Positions 24,307 to 32,598 of a stretch of 64,000 bases of DNA are shown piece by piece; within the stretch, counting starts at the first letter, position 1, and every line of letters starts with the position of its first letter. The stretch is from Candidatus Marinacidobacterales bacterium. GTDB taxonomy: Bacteria; Acidobacteriota; Vicinamibacteria; Marinacidobacterales; DATDRI01. A program made the translations under genes and the position numbers. Under the pieces are notes generated by a model. It did not search any database. It was not told the DNA's origin and saw nothing but the letters and a program-made list of their open reading frames with translations. Location: the NCBI GenBank assembly GCA_965219415.1, contig OZ244742.1, forward strand, positions 1,120,001 through 1,184,000, read 5' to 3'.

Positions 24307-25122
24307 CTAACGAACGACGCTGGCGTGAATCCACGCCCTGAGACCGTCGCCGGTCTCGACTCGAAACCAATCCCCCCAACGCGCGACGGCGAGGATCTGC
24401 TTGCCCTTGTCGACTTGGCCGACGAGACTCTTGTCCTTGCCAGGCCCTTCGCGGAGATTGGCCTTCACCACAGTTTCTACGCTACGCGCGGGCACGATCG
24501 GAATGATCTCGTTCGACGGGCCGAGCGAGGACGTGCGCACGTCGGCGACCATGCGTGCTTGACGCACCAATTCCCCCGCGCGTTCGCTAAGATAGGACGA
24601 GCCTCCGAAGTTCCCTTCCGCGAGAGCCTTGTCGGCTCGGGCTAGGAATTCGTTCGCACGCTTCAGTCGAACCGCGACCTCCGGATCGTTGGCCTGAGGA
24701 ACGGTTTGGAGCTCAACACGTACTTCGGCAATCCGAGAGATCGCCAGGGCACGGTTGTGGACGCTTCTCAGGCTCGCCTTGGAGCGAAGTACTTCCTCGA
24801 CGGAGCTCGCGAGCTCGATTTCGAGTGCCGCGTGGCGTTCTTCAAGGGAGGCCCGAGCCGCCTCTTGATCTTCCAGCCGCCGCCGGAGCCTTCGGTTCTC
24901 ACTCTTGGCCTCCGCCAGCTCGAGCTCGAGGCGTTTCATCGGGTCAACCCTTGCTGGCTTGGCTGGCTCAACTGGCTTGGCCGGTGGTTTGGCTTCCGTC
25001 GCGGCCGGGGTACCTGATTTGGACGCGGGCTGGGTAGCGGGTGTCACAGTCCTCTTGAGTCCACAGCCAATGGCAAGAATGCCGGCGATGGCAAGGAGGA
25101 GCGCCGTCAGTTTCGTCGCCAC
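24307..25122 (-). CDS. Lipoprotein with coiled coil and C-terminal SH3-like domain
   Basis: LAIGC lipobox; ANLREGPG..GDWFRV..AWIHAS. Confidence 0.75.
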   Translation of the reverse strand: MATKLTALLLAIAGILAIGCGLKRTVTPATQPASKSGTPAATEAKPPAKPVEPAKPARVDPMKRLELELAEAKSENRRLRRRLEDQEAARASLEERHAALEIELASSVEEVLRSKASLRSVHNRALAISRIAEVRVELQTVPQANDPEVAVRLKRANEFLARADKALAEGNFGGSSYLSERAGELVRQARMVADVRTSSLGPSNEIIPIVPARSVETVVKANLREGPGKDKSLVGQVDKGKQILAVARWGDWFRVETGDGLRAWIHASVVR

Positions 25123-25332
25123 GATAATCTCCCCTTTCGAGGCGGTTCTTGTTTTTTTAGTGGAGTTCCGAAGACCGGATGCTCACTATTCTAACGTAGC
25201 CATGTCGTTAAAAGCAAACGCCTTGTGACCGCGGGCCGCTCCCCCCCGCTCTCATGTTCATCGGTGAAGGTGTACCATTGGGCAGGTTCGACAAATGTCA
25301 AAGAATCGCCGGGCTAAAACTGGTCATAAGAG

Positions 25333-26175
25333 ATGAAGGGTTTGAGCGGGCTTCGGGTCGTCAGTTTCGAGAGCCGCCGTTCGGACGAGATGGCGAACCT
25401 CATCCGGAACCACGGAGGCGAGCCCATCCAAACCCCGTCGATGCAAGAGATACCGCTCACCGAGCAGAGAGAAGCGCTCGGGTTCGGAGAGGCGCTCGCA
25501 GGTGGCGACTGTGACGTGCTGATCCTTCTGACCGGTGTCGGCACCCGCATGTTGGTGGACACGCTCGCCACCCGGCGGCCACGTGAGGTTGTCCTGGAGG
25601 CGCTAGGAAAAACCGCTCTCGTCTGTCGGGGACCTAAACCCGTTGGCGTACTCAAGAAAATGGGCCTCCGGCCTACGATTACCGTGGGTGAGCCCAACAC
25701 CTGGCGCGATTTGTTGAGGGCACTCGATGACGAGCTGCCCGTTTCCGGGAAACGAGTCGCAGTCCAAGAATACGGAGCTCGTAATCAGGAGCTCCTCGAC
25801 GGCCTCAGAGAGAGAGACGCTGTCGTCACGCCCGTCCCGGTCTACGGATGGGCACTCCCCGACGACACCACGCCTCTTAGGAACGCCATCGAGCGCGCTG
25901 TGGCCGGCGAGATCGACGCTGCGGTGTTTACCAGCGCCACCCAGGCGGATCACCTTTTTCAAGTAGCGGAACAGCAGGCCCGAGCAGACGAGCTTGGGGA
26001 TGCCCTTCGCACCCGAATCCTGGTCGCTTCCATCGGCCCGATGACGAGCGAAGCCCTTGCGCGTTTGGGGATCGAGGCGGATATCGTTCCCGAGCATCCC
26101 AAGATGGGACACTTGGTGGCGGCGTTGGCGGAAGGCGCGGCACCGGGGCTCGAGAAAAAGCGCGGCAGGGGCTAG
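25333..26175 (+). CDS. hemD: Uroporphyrinogen-III synthase
   Basis: SFESRR, LTGVGT, RGPKP, PVYGW, FTSATQ, SIGPMT. Confidence 0.88.
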   Translation: MKGLSGLRVVSFESRRSDEMANLIRNHGGEPIQTPSMQEIPLTEQREALGFGEALAGGDCDVLILLTGVGTRMLVDTLATRRPREVVLEALGKTALVCRGPKPVGVLKKMGLRPTITVGEPNTWRDLLRALDDELPVSGKRVAVQEYGARNQELLDGLRERDAVVTPVPVYGWALPDDTTPLRNAIERAVAGEIDAAVFTSATQADHLFQVAEQQARADELGDALRTRILVASIGPMTSEALARLGIEADIVPEHPKMGHLVAALAEGAAPGLEKKRGRG

Positions 26176-26819
26176 TGCGGGAGTCGGGACAGCAGCTCGC
26201 CCACGTCGCCGATGTCATCCATGTCGCGGCTTGCTGAGCCTCCCGACACCGCGATGCTGACTGCCAGCGGATCGTTCGGCTCCCCCGCTGCCTCGACTTG
26301 GATGTACTCCGCCTCGGGATAAAGCTCACCGAGGAACGACCGCAGCCCATCTTTTACCGCGTCGAATGCCTCTGGCGTTCGCGGTGCCAAAAGACGGTTT
26401 TGGATCTTGAAGAGTGCCTCGTCGTAGCGAAAGTGGAGCCTTCCTTCGAGCGCCGGTTCCGCCTGGAGCCGCTGGCAAGCCTTCAGCGCGGCTCCGAAGG
26501 CGCGACTGAGCCGCGACCGCACATCGCCTTCTGTCCGCCGCCTGCGAGAGTATAGAAGGCCCAGCCGTCCCCCGGATTGGTCCAGGCTGTACTGGCCTTC
26601 ATGACACATGAGCAAGACGCCCGGACCATGATAGACGTGGGAATAATCGGCCACGTCGATCATCACTTCATCTTCCAAACGGCGGGACTGTATCCATTCA
26701 TGGAAGATCGGGATGAAGTCTCTGGGTCCCAAATCGGTGGAGTCCACCGCGTAGAACTTGATCGCGAGCTCGTGCGCTTCGAGCGGACTCACAACCCTGG
26801 CACTAGACGACTGCGACAT
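26172..26819 (-). CDS. Hypothetical protein, last gene of the cys/siroheme operon
   Basis: FIPIFHEWIQ..IDVADYSHVYHGPGVLL; overlaps the sulfite reductase stop. Confidence 0.7.
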   Translation of the reverse strand: MSQSSSARVVSPLEAHELAIKFYAVDSTDLGPRDFIPIFHEWIQSRRLEDEVMIDVADYSHVYHGPGVLLMCHEGQYSLDQSGGRLGLLYSRRRRTEGDVRSRLSRAFGAALKACQRLQAEPALEGRLHFRYDEALFKIQNRLLAPRTPEAFDAVKDGLRSFLGELYPEAEYIQVEAAGEPNDPLAVSIAVSGGSASRDMDDIGDVGELLSRLPH

Positions 26820-29190
26820 CCAACTGCTCCAATAAACGCCCGTGGCAGGCGTAGACCGCCTCGATAAACAATTGAGCTTCTTCGATCCGATGGTGAGCGG
26901 CGTCTGTCGTGAAGTTCCCGTTGGCGCTTAACTCTTCGCAGTGAATGCGGAAAAGATAGTTGCCGAATTTTCCTCCCGCATACGGATCGAAGAAGAGTTT
27001 GGTGTCGTAGAAGCGGGTCCGGAATTCATGGATAATCTTGTCAGCACTGTCAGGCCCGTCAGGCCTGAGAGGATCGTCTGGCGGGCCGACCGCTAAATCG
27101 ATCTCACCGTTTTGGGAGCGTACCAGCGCCGCGGCCGCATCGAGCATTGCCCGAAAGGCGGTCTTCGCCGAATCGCGCGGGTTCCCGGCGTCCAACTGCA
27201 CTTGTGCCTCGAAGACTTGACGCTCGCTGGCGGCAAGTGAGAAATCGAAACGCGAGACCACCTCGCCGGCGCACTCGCCCTGCCCCATGTCCCCTAGTGT
27301 GAACTCGCGCGGATCCCCCCAATCGGAGTACAGGATCCGGTCTTGGTCGTAACTCGGAATCGCGGTCAGGTCGTCGATCCTCGAGCGCACCTTGACCTTA
27401 CCCATTCGGCCGATGAAGTCCTGAAACTTCTCGTTCGGCTTTCCATCACGCCGAAACCACTCGGTGATTCGGGTTACCACGTCGGGAATTCGTTTCGATG
27501 GTACCGCACCCACTGCCAACCCAAAAGATTTCCCATTCTCGGTCCACTGCCCACCCAGAACGACCTGAAAGTGTGGGACGGTGCGGCCGCCACTCTTGCG
27601 ACTCACTCCATAGAAACCGAGGTCGGCCACAGAGTGTTGACCACAAGAATTGAAGCACCCGCTGACTTTGATGCGCAGACCGTTGAGCGAAGCATCGAAG
27701 GCGAGGTTCTTCTCCAAGAGACGCGTCCGAAGCTCCTCGGCAAGGCCCCGCGAAGATGCGATCCCCAACTTGCAGGTGTCGGTGCCCGGGCACGCGGTGA
27801 CATCGACGATAGAGCCTGCGCCTGGCTCGCCCAGCCCCAATTCCTTGAGCGCGGAGTAGAGCTCGGGCAAATCGGCTTCGGCAACCCACCGAAGAACGAT
27901 GTTCTGATCGACGGTCGTGCGAACCGAATCGCCGCTGAACCGCCGTGCCAACTCGGCGAGTCGTCGCATCTGATGAGAAGACAGATCCCCCAGGGGGAGC
28001 GTGATAGCTGCCACCGAGTAGCCGGGCTGGCTTTGCTGGTAGACGTTGGTTGCCGTCCACGCTGCAAAGCCCTTGGGGTAGGGGCCCGGTCCCAGACGTG
28101 CCGAACGACGAGCCGGCTGGTCGGTTGCGGCCGTCAGAAAGACCTCCGGCACCGACCGACCGGCTTCGAGCGCGGAGACAAGCCCAGTCCATCGCGCATC
28201 CGTCGGAAGCTTTTGTCGTTCCTCCAGCACCAGGCGCCGAAACTCGTCGACCCCTAGGCTCGCGACCAAGAACTTGAGACGGGCGCGGGCCCGATTCTTC
28301 TTCTCGCCCAGTCGCGCGAAGACACGGCACACGGCTTGCACGGTGGGCAACATCTCTTCTACCGGCAAGAACGAATCGAAAAGCTTGGCCTGGTAGGGTA
28401 CGGCACCCAGACCGCCCCCCACGTAAAGCTCGAACCCCGGACGGCTGCGACCGTTTACGGTCTCGGTCTTCGCGATGAAACCGAGGTCATGAAAAGCGGT
28501 CAGCCCACAGGACTCTTCCTTGCACCCAGAGAACGCGATCTTGAACTTTCTACCGAAGTCCTGGGCGTCGGGGTGACCGAGCAGGAAGTAGGTCAAAGCC
28601 TTGGCATAAGGCGTGACGTCGAAGGTTTCCCCGCGACACACGCCCGACAAGGGGCAAGCGGTGACGTTCCGCACCGAATTGCCGCACGCTTCTTGCGTGG
28701 TGATGCCGACCGCGCCGAGACGTCTCATCATGTCCGGGGTGTCGTCGATATGGACGAAATGTAGCTGGAAATCCTGCCGGGTCGTGACGTGGACGATACC
28801 GTCGGAATAGTCGTCGGCGAGCTCGGCAAGAACACCCATCTGCTCCGGCGTCACGCTACCGAACGGGATCTTGATGCGTTGCATGCCGGGAGCATCCCAG
28901 AGCGTGTTGGGGCCCTTCACCACCGAGCCGGAGGGGTACTCGAGCTTCTGGCTTCGCCGACCGTCGTGTCGTTGACCGTTGTCGTACCGCTGTCCGTAGA
29001 CGCCCCGGCGGAGCCGCGTCTCGTTGAAAAGCTTCTCGTCCAGTTTGCCCTGACGGCGAAGCTCGACCTCTGTCTCGAAGATGCCGATCTCGCGCGCCAG
29101 CTCCACCGGCAATTTGTGGGTGAGCTCATGTTTCCAACTGTGCTCCGAAGATGAGGTGGTCGAAACCCGAGGCACGGTAGGAGTGCTCAT
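26803..29190 (-). CDS. Siroheme/[4Fe-4S] sulfite (nitrite) reductase with extra C-terminal helical domain
   Basis: HVTTRQDFQLH, GRKFKIAFSGC, ACPGTDTCKLG, KVSGCFNSCGQH; cys context. Confidence 0.9.
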   Translation of the reverse strand: MSTPTVPRVSTTSSSEHSWKHELTHKLPVELAREIGIFETEVELRRQGKLDEKLFNETRLRRGVYGQRYDNGQRHDGRRSQKLEYPSGSVVKGPNTLWDAPGMQRIKIPFGSVTPEQMGVLAELADDYSDGIVHVTTRQDFQLHFVHIDDTPDMMRRLGAVGITTQEACGNSVRNVTACPLSGVCRGETFDVTPYAKALTYFLLGHPDAQDFGRKFKIAFSGCKEESCGLTAFHDLGFIAKTETVNGRSRPGFELYVGGGLGAVPYQAKLFDSFLPVEEMLPTVQAVCRVFARLGEKKNRARARLKFLVASLGVDEFRRLVLEERQKLPTDARWTGLVSALEAGRSVPEVFLTAATDQPARRSARLGPGPYPKGFAAWTATNVYQQSQPGYSVAAITLPLGDLSSHQMRRLAELARRFSGDSVRTTVDQNIVLRWVAEADLPELYSALKELGLGEPGAGSIVDVTACPGTDTCKLGIASSRGLAEELRTRLLEKNLAFDASLNGLRIKVSGCFNSCGQHSVADLGFYGVSRKSGGRTVPHFQVVLGGQWTENGKSFGLAVGAVPSKRIPDVVTRITEWFRRDGKPNEKFQDFIGRMGKVKVRSRIDDLTAIPSYDQDRILYSDWGDPREFTLGDMGQGECAGEVVSRFDFSLAASERQVFEAQVQLDAGNPRDSAKTAFRAMLDAAAALVRSQNGEIDLAVGPPDDPLRPDGPDSADKIIHEFRTRFYDTKLFFDPYAGGKFGNYLFRIHCEELSANGNFTTDAAHHRIEEAQLFIEAVYACHGRLLEQLDVAVV

Positions 29191-29963
29191 GCCGAGACTC
29201 CTTTCTCTAAAGCAAGGAAAAGGGGATCTTCGATACCAATGCGATCGGCGAGCGAAACGACCTCGCCGATGACCAGCGTGCCGGGAACGTTGCCGGGAAC
29301 GTTGGATGCCGGGAGCGGAATCTGATCCAACTCGGAGAGAGGGCTCACCCAGGTCGCAGCCTGTGGTGTCGACGCTCCCAGGATGAGAGCCGCCGGCGTA
29401 TCCGGCCTCCAGCCTCGAAGCATCAGGAACTCCGAAAGGTCGCGGCGATTGGCGACTCCCATCAGCACCACCAGTGTGATCGAATTGGGTGTGACGGCCT
29501 CGAGCAGGGGTCGGTAGGATGCCGCGTCGTGTCCCGACACCACCATGAACCCGGCCGTCAGACCACGGTGCGTCACCGGGATACCGGCGAGAGCGGGAGC
29601 TGCCACCGCGGAGCTGATTCCCGGAACGACCTCGAAGGGGATTCCTGCCGCGGCGAGAGCGAGAGCTTCCTCCCCGCCCCGACCCAAAACAAAGGGATCG
29701 CCGCCCTTGAGACGCACTACACGTTGTCCTCGGCGCGCGGCGTGGATCATGATGCGATGGATCGTCTCCTGCGGAGTCGATTTTCGGCGCGCCCGCTTAC
29801 CGACATCGAAGGTGCGCGCCTCGCGTGCGAGGGCCAAGATTTCCGGTGACACCAAGGCATCGTGCAAAATGAGATCGGCCTCGCTCAAACGCCGCGACGC
29901 CTTCATCGTCAGGAGCTCCGGATCGCCGGGCCCGGCGCCGACCAACGAAACAAACCCAGTCAT
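29187..29963 (-). CDS. cobA: Uroporphyrinogen-III C-methyltransferase
   Basis: LVGAGPGDPELLT, RLKGGDPFVLGRGGEE, GIPVTHR. Confidence 0.93.
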   Translation of the reverse strand: MTGFVSLVGAGPGDPELLTMKASRRLSEADLILHDALVSPEILALAREARTFDVGKRARRKSTPQETIHRIMIHAARRGQRVVRLKGGDPFVLGRGGEEALALAAAGIPFEVVPGISSAVAAPALAGIPVTHRGLTAGFMVVSGHDAASYRPLLEAVTPNSITLVVLMGVANRRDLSEFLMLRGWRPDTPAALILGASTPQAATWVSPLSELDQIPLPASNVPGNVPGTLVIGEVVSLADRIGIEDPLFLALEKGVSA

Positions 29964-30529
29964 CGCTCACGCTCCTCGTAAATCTCGTTCAGGGCCTTCA
30001 GTAGACGCGGGCGACGCTCGGCCATGGGAACACCTTCTTGACGCCATAGGCTACGCGCCTCGTGGGCGACGCTCGTCCACCGGTCCAAATCGCTGGGTAG
30101 CAGATGATCGAGGGCCTCCCGTATCAGGCCGGACAAGGCGGGGGCCGCCCCGTTGGTGGAAATACCCAACGTAACTCCCGAGCGACGCACGACTCCCGCC
30201 CCGTAGGCGGTCGCACTCGCAATATCGTCCACCGCGATGACGAAGATGCGACGCTCCGTTGCGGCCTCGGACACTTCTCGGTTCACTTCTGGGGGCGCCG
30301 CCGACACCACGAACCAGCAACCGTCGAGATCGCTCGGTCGAAAACGGCGAACGTGAAGACCCAGGTTCGGGTGAGCGATCTCGAACGTGATCTCGGGCGC
30401 CACCAGTGCGACGCGAGCACCCGCCTCCAAGAGGCTCTTGGTCTTTGCTTCTGCGACCGGGCCGCCTCCTACGACGAGGACGCGGCGACCGTCGAGCTTG
30501 AGGAAGATCGGAAAAAGAGGCGTGGACAT
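29960..30529 (-). CDS. Precorrin-2 dehydrogenase / sirohydrochlorin ferrochelatase (CysG N-terminal-like)
   Basis: Start at MSTPLFPIFLKL; VVGGGPVA, ISTNGAAPAL. Confidence 0.88.
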   Translation of the reverse strand: MSTPLFPIFLKLDGRRVLVVGGGPVAEAKTKSLLEAGARVALVAPEITFEIAHPNLGLHVRRFRPSDLDGCWFVVSAAPPEVNREVSEAATERRIFVIAVDDIASATAYGAGVVRRSGVTLGISTNGAAPALSGLIREALDHLLPSDLDRWTSVAHEARSLWRQEGVPMAERRPRLLKALNEIYEERER

Positions 30530-30531
30530 GA

Positions 30532-31275
30532 CTATGACCCCGTCGGCTGCAACACCGGCACCAGCACGAGTCCCGATGCCCGGTTGTGAATTCCGCATTC
30601 GGTCTTGGCGCTGCCACGCCATCGGCCGGCGCGAGGATCTTCTCCGGGTCGTACCGGGCTCGTACACGGCATGCAACCGATGCTTGGATAGCTCCGTTCG
30701 TGGAGCGGGTTAAAGGGAACGTCGTGCTCTCGTACATATTCCCAGACGTCGCGTGTCGTCCACTCCACCAGCGGGTTGACCTTCACGAGCCCGAACTTCT
30801 CGTCGAGCCCGACGAGCGGTGCTTTGGCCCTTTCGGGAGTCTGGTCACGCCGCAGAGCGCTGATCCAAGCCTCCGCCCCTTCCAATGCCGCTCGTAGCGG
30901 CAGGACTTTTCTCACTTCGCAGCACCGGTCCGGATCTCGTTCCCACAAGGCCTCGCCGAAACGATTCGCTTGCTCGGAGATGGAAAGCTCCGGTCGTACG
31001 GCGCGACCGCGGAGGTCGTAGCGTTTTTCGAGCTTGCTCCAAAGGGCATAGGTCTCTTCGAAGAACAAACCGGTGTCGAGAGTGAAAATGTCCACCGGCA
31101 ACTGATTCCTGCCAATGATGTCGATGAGCACACACCCTTCCACCCCGAAGGCGGTTGCCATGACGAGCCGGGGCGCGAAACGCTCCGACGCCACGCGGAG
31201 AATGTCGGTGGTCGCACGGACTTTGAGAAGACGGTCCAAGTCACGGATCTGCTGTTCTCGCTCTAGCTGCTGCAT
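30532..31275 (-). CDS. cysH: APS/PAPS reductase, Fe-S type
   Basis: LDTG, DRCCEVRK, SIGCMPCT, RAGRW, ECGIH. Confidence 0.92.
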   Translation of the reverse strand: MQQLEREQQIRDLDRLLKVRATTDILRVASERFAPRLVMATAFGVEGCVLIDIIGRNQLPVDIFTLDTGLFFEETYALWSKLEKRYDLRGRAVRPELSISEQANRFGEALWERDPDRCCEVRKVLPLRAALEGAEAWISALRRDQTPERAKAPLVGLDEKFGLVKVNPLVEWTTRDVWEYVREHDVPFNPLHERSYPSIGCMPCTSPVRPGEDPRAGRWRGSAKTECGIHNRASGLVLVPVLQPTGS

Positions 31276-31313
31276 CTTTACCTCGACCCCAGTGCCCTCA
31301 CGGTCCCGGCCCC

Positions 31314-31349
31314 AAAAAGCAAAAGGCCCAGGTCCTTTGGACCTGGGCC
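31314..31349 (-). terminator. Intrinsic terminator in the cysH 5' leader
   Basis: GGCCCAGGTCC-AAA-GGACCTGGGCC followed by TTTTGCTTTTT, about 40 nt before the cysH ATG. Confidence 0.85.
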
Positions 31350-31378
31350 ATGAGCCGCTTGGTTGCGGTTAATCTTGT

Positions 31379-31525
31379 CTACATAAAGCTAAGCCGCGGA
31401 GAATCCGAATCCTTCAATCGGCGGCCGACAGACATACCGAGTGCTGTTCCAAGTGGCACATGGCCCGGTCCCCCGGGCCGGCTACACTTGCAGGACCTCC
31501 GCATCAGCATGTCGCCAAATCTCAT
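31379..31525 (-). CDS. Putative attenuator leader peptide (MRFGDMLMRRSCKCSRPGG..., 48 aa)
   Basis: ATG about 4 nt after the predicted TSS; Cys-Lys-Cys codons immediately precede a GC hairpin; stop lies just before the terminator. Confidence 0.5.
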   Translation of the reverse strand: MRFGDMLMRRSCKCSRPGGPGHVPLGTALGMSVGRRLKDSDSPRLSFM

Positions 31526-31535
31526 CTCTTGAACC

Positions 31536-31592
31536 ATTCTGACCTGCCGGTCGGCTGGTGTCAAATTAAAATATGACTTTTTTGGTCGGAAT
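31536..31592 (-). promoter_or_regulatory. Sigma-70 promoter plus Rrf2-like operator for the cys operon
   Basis: TTGACA (31564-31559)-17 bp-CAGAAT (31541-31536); upstream ATTCCGAC-CAAAAAA-GTCATAT. Confidence 0.6.
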
Positions 31593-31779
31593 CTAATATC
31601 CTTATAATCAGTTGTTTACGTGGCCACACCCTGTATACGGTCGGCATTCAACCATGGGCTATTCCGCGGCCCGTCAGGCGCGGTGAATGTCCGGAGGGTG
31701 GGTTATCGGCGTCTGACGGTGCTCACTCTTGGCTCCCAGGGTCAATTTGACGCCCTCATGAGTTATCATAAAGATATCC

Positions 31780-32013
31780 ATGGATAAGAAAGAGCGCACT
31801 CGACTCATCGAGCGGTTCGCCTCTGGACTCAAGTATCCCTACCTCTTCCTGCTCATCGCCGCCGTCTTCTTCCTGGATCTCATCGTGCCCGACGCGATCC
31901 CCTTCGTCGACGAGATTCTCCTGGGGCTGGCGGCCGTTCTTCTGGGTACATGGAAAGAGCGCAAGGGGGTGGAGTCGAAACCGCCGATGAAAAACGTCAC
32001 TCCGGAGCGCTAG
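31780..32013 (+). CDS. Small membrane protein (DUF6116-like)
   Basis: LKYPYLFLL..DLIVPDAIPFVDEILLGL..WK. Confidence 0.75.
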   Translation: MDKKERTRLIERFASGLKYPYLFLLIAAVFFLDLIVPDAIPFVDEILLGLAAVLLGTWKERKGVESKPPMKNVTPER

Positions 32014-32015
32014 AT

Positions 32016-32466
32016 TTACTTCCCGTTCGGCTTACTAAAAGCATTCGCGTTCTTTCCGACCCACTTCCCGATCGCCTCCACGACTTCTGCACTCGCCTGG
32101 TACAGATCGCCTTCTCCGACGAAGGTCTTAAGGGTATCCCCAACGGTAAGAACCGCCTCCACCCGAATCCGCCGTTGCTCCGGGCTCCATTCCTCCTTAG
32201 GTCAAGAAGGTCGTTTCCCCGAAGGGAGCGAAGGAATCGACCCCCACTAGCTCGATCTGAGCGTGCGCTGGCTCGGGCTCGGTGACGACGTCGAACCGGT
32301 TCTGCTCGCGACCTTCGGCCGCTAGTCTCCGGCAAAAAAACGCCGTCAGATTGTCCGGGGTCTCGCTTCCGCTGAAACAGTAAAGGAGGGGTCGCCGGGA
32401 TTCTTGGAGAGGGGGTGGACCCAGCGAGAATGCGACTGAGAGTATGATGCCCAAGACGATGCTCAT
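32016..32466 (-). pseudogene. Secreted hypothetical protein, frameshift near 32205
   Basis: Signal-like N-terminus; an alternate frame continues PKEEWSPEQRRIRVEAV..KPNGK*. Confidence 0.45.
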
Positions 32467-32598
32467 TGGCAGCCTCCCAGGCTACATTATACCCTCCTAG
32501 CCGGCCACCGCTCCCCTTTTGACTTTTCGGAGACTACGGGGCTATTTTCGCTCCCGTGGTTCGGTGCCACAACCTCTCTTAAACGGAGCTTTGTCACG

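Noticed and set aside
29279-29302. 12-bp tandem duplication in cobA (NVPG x2)
   Set aside because: In-frame slippage in a variable loop; no sign of function
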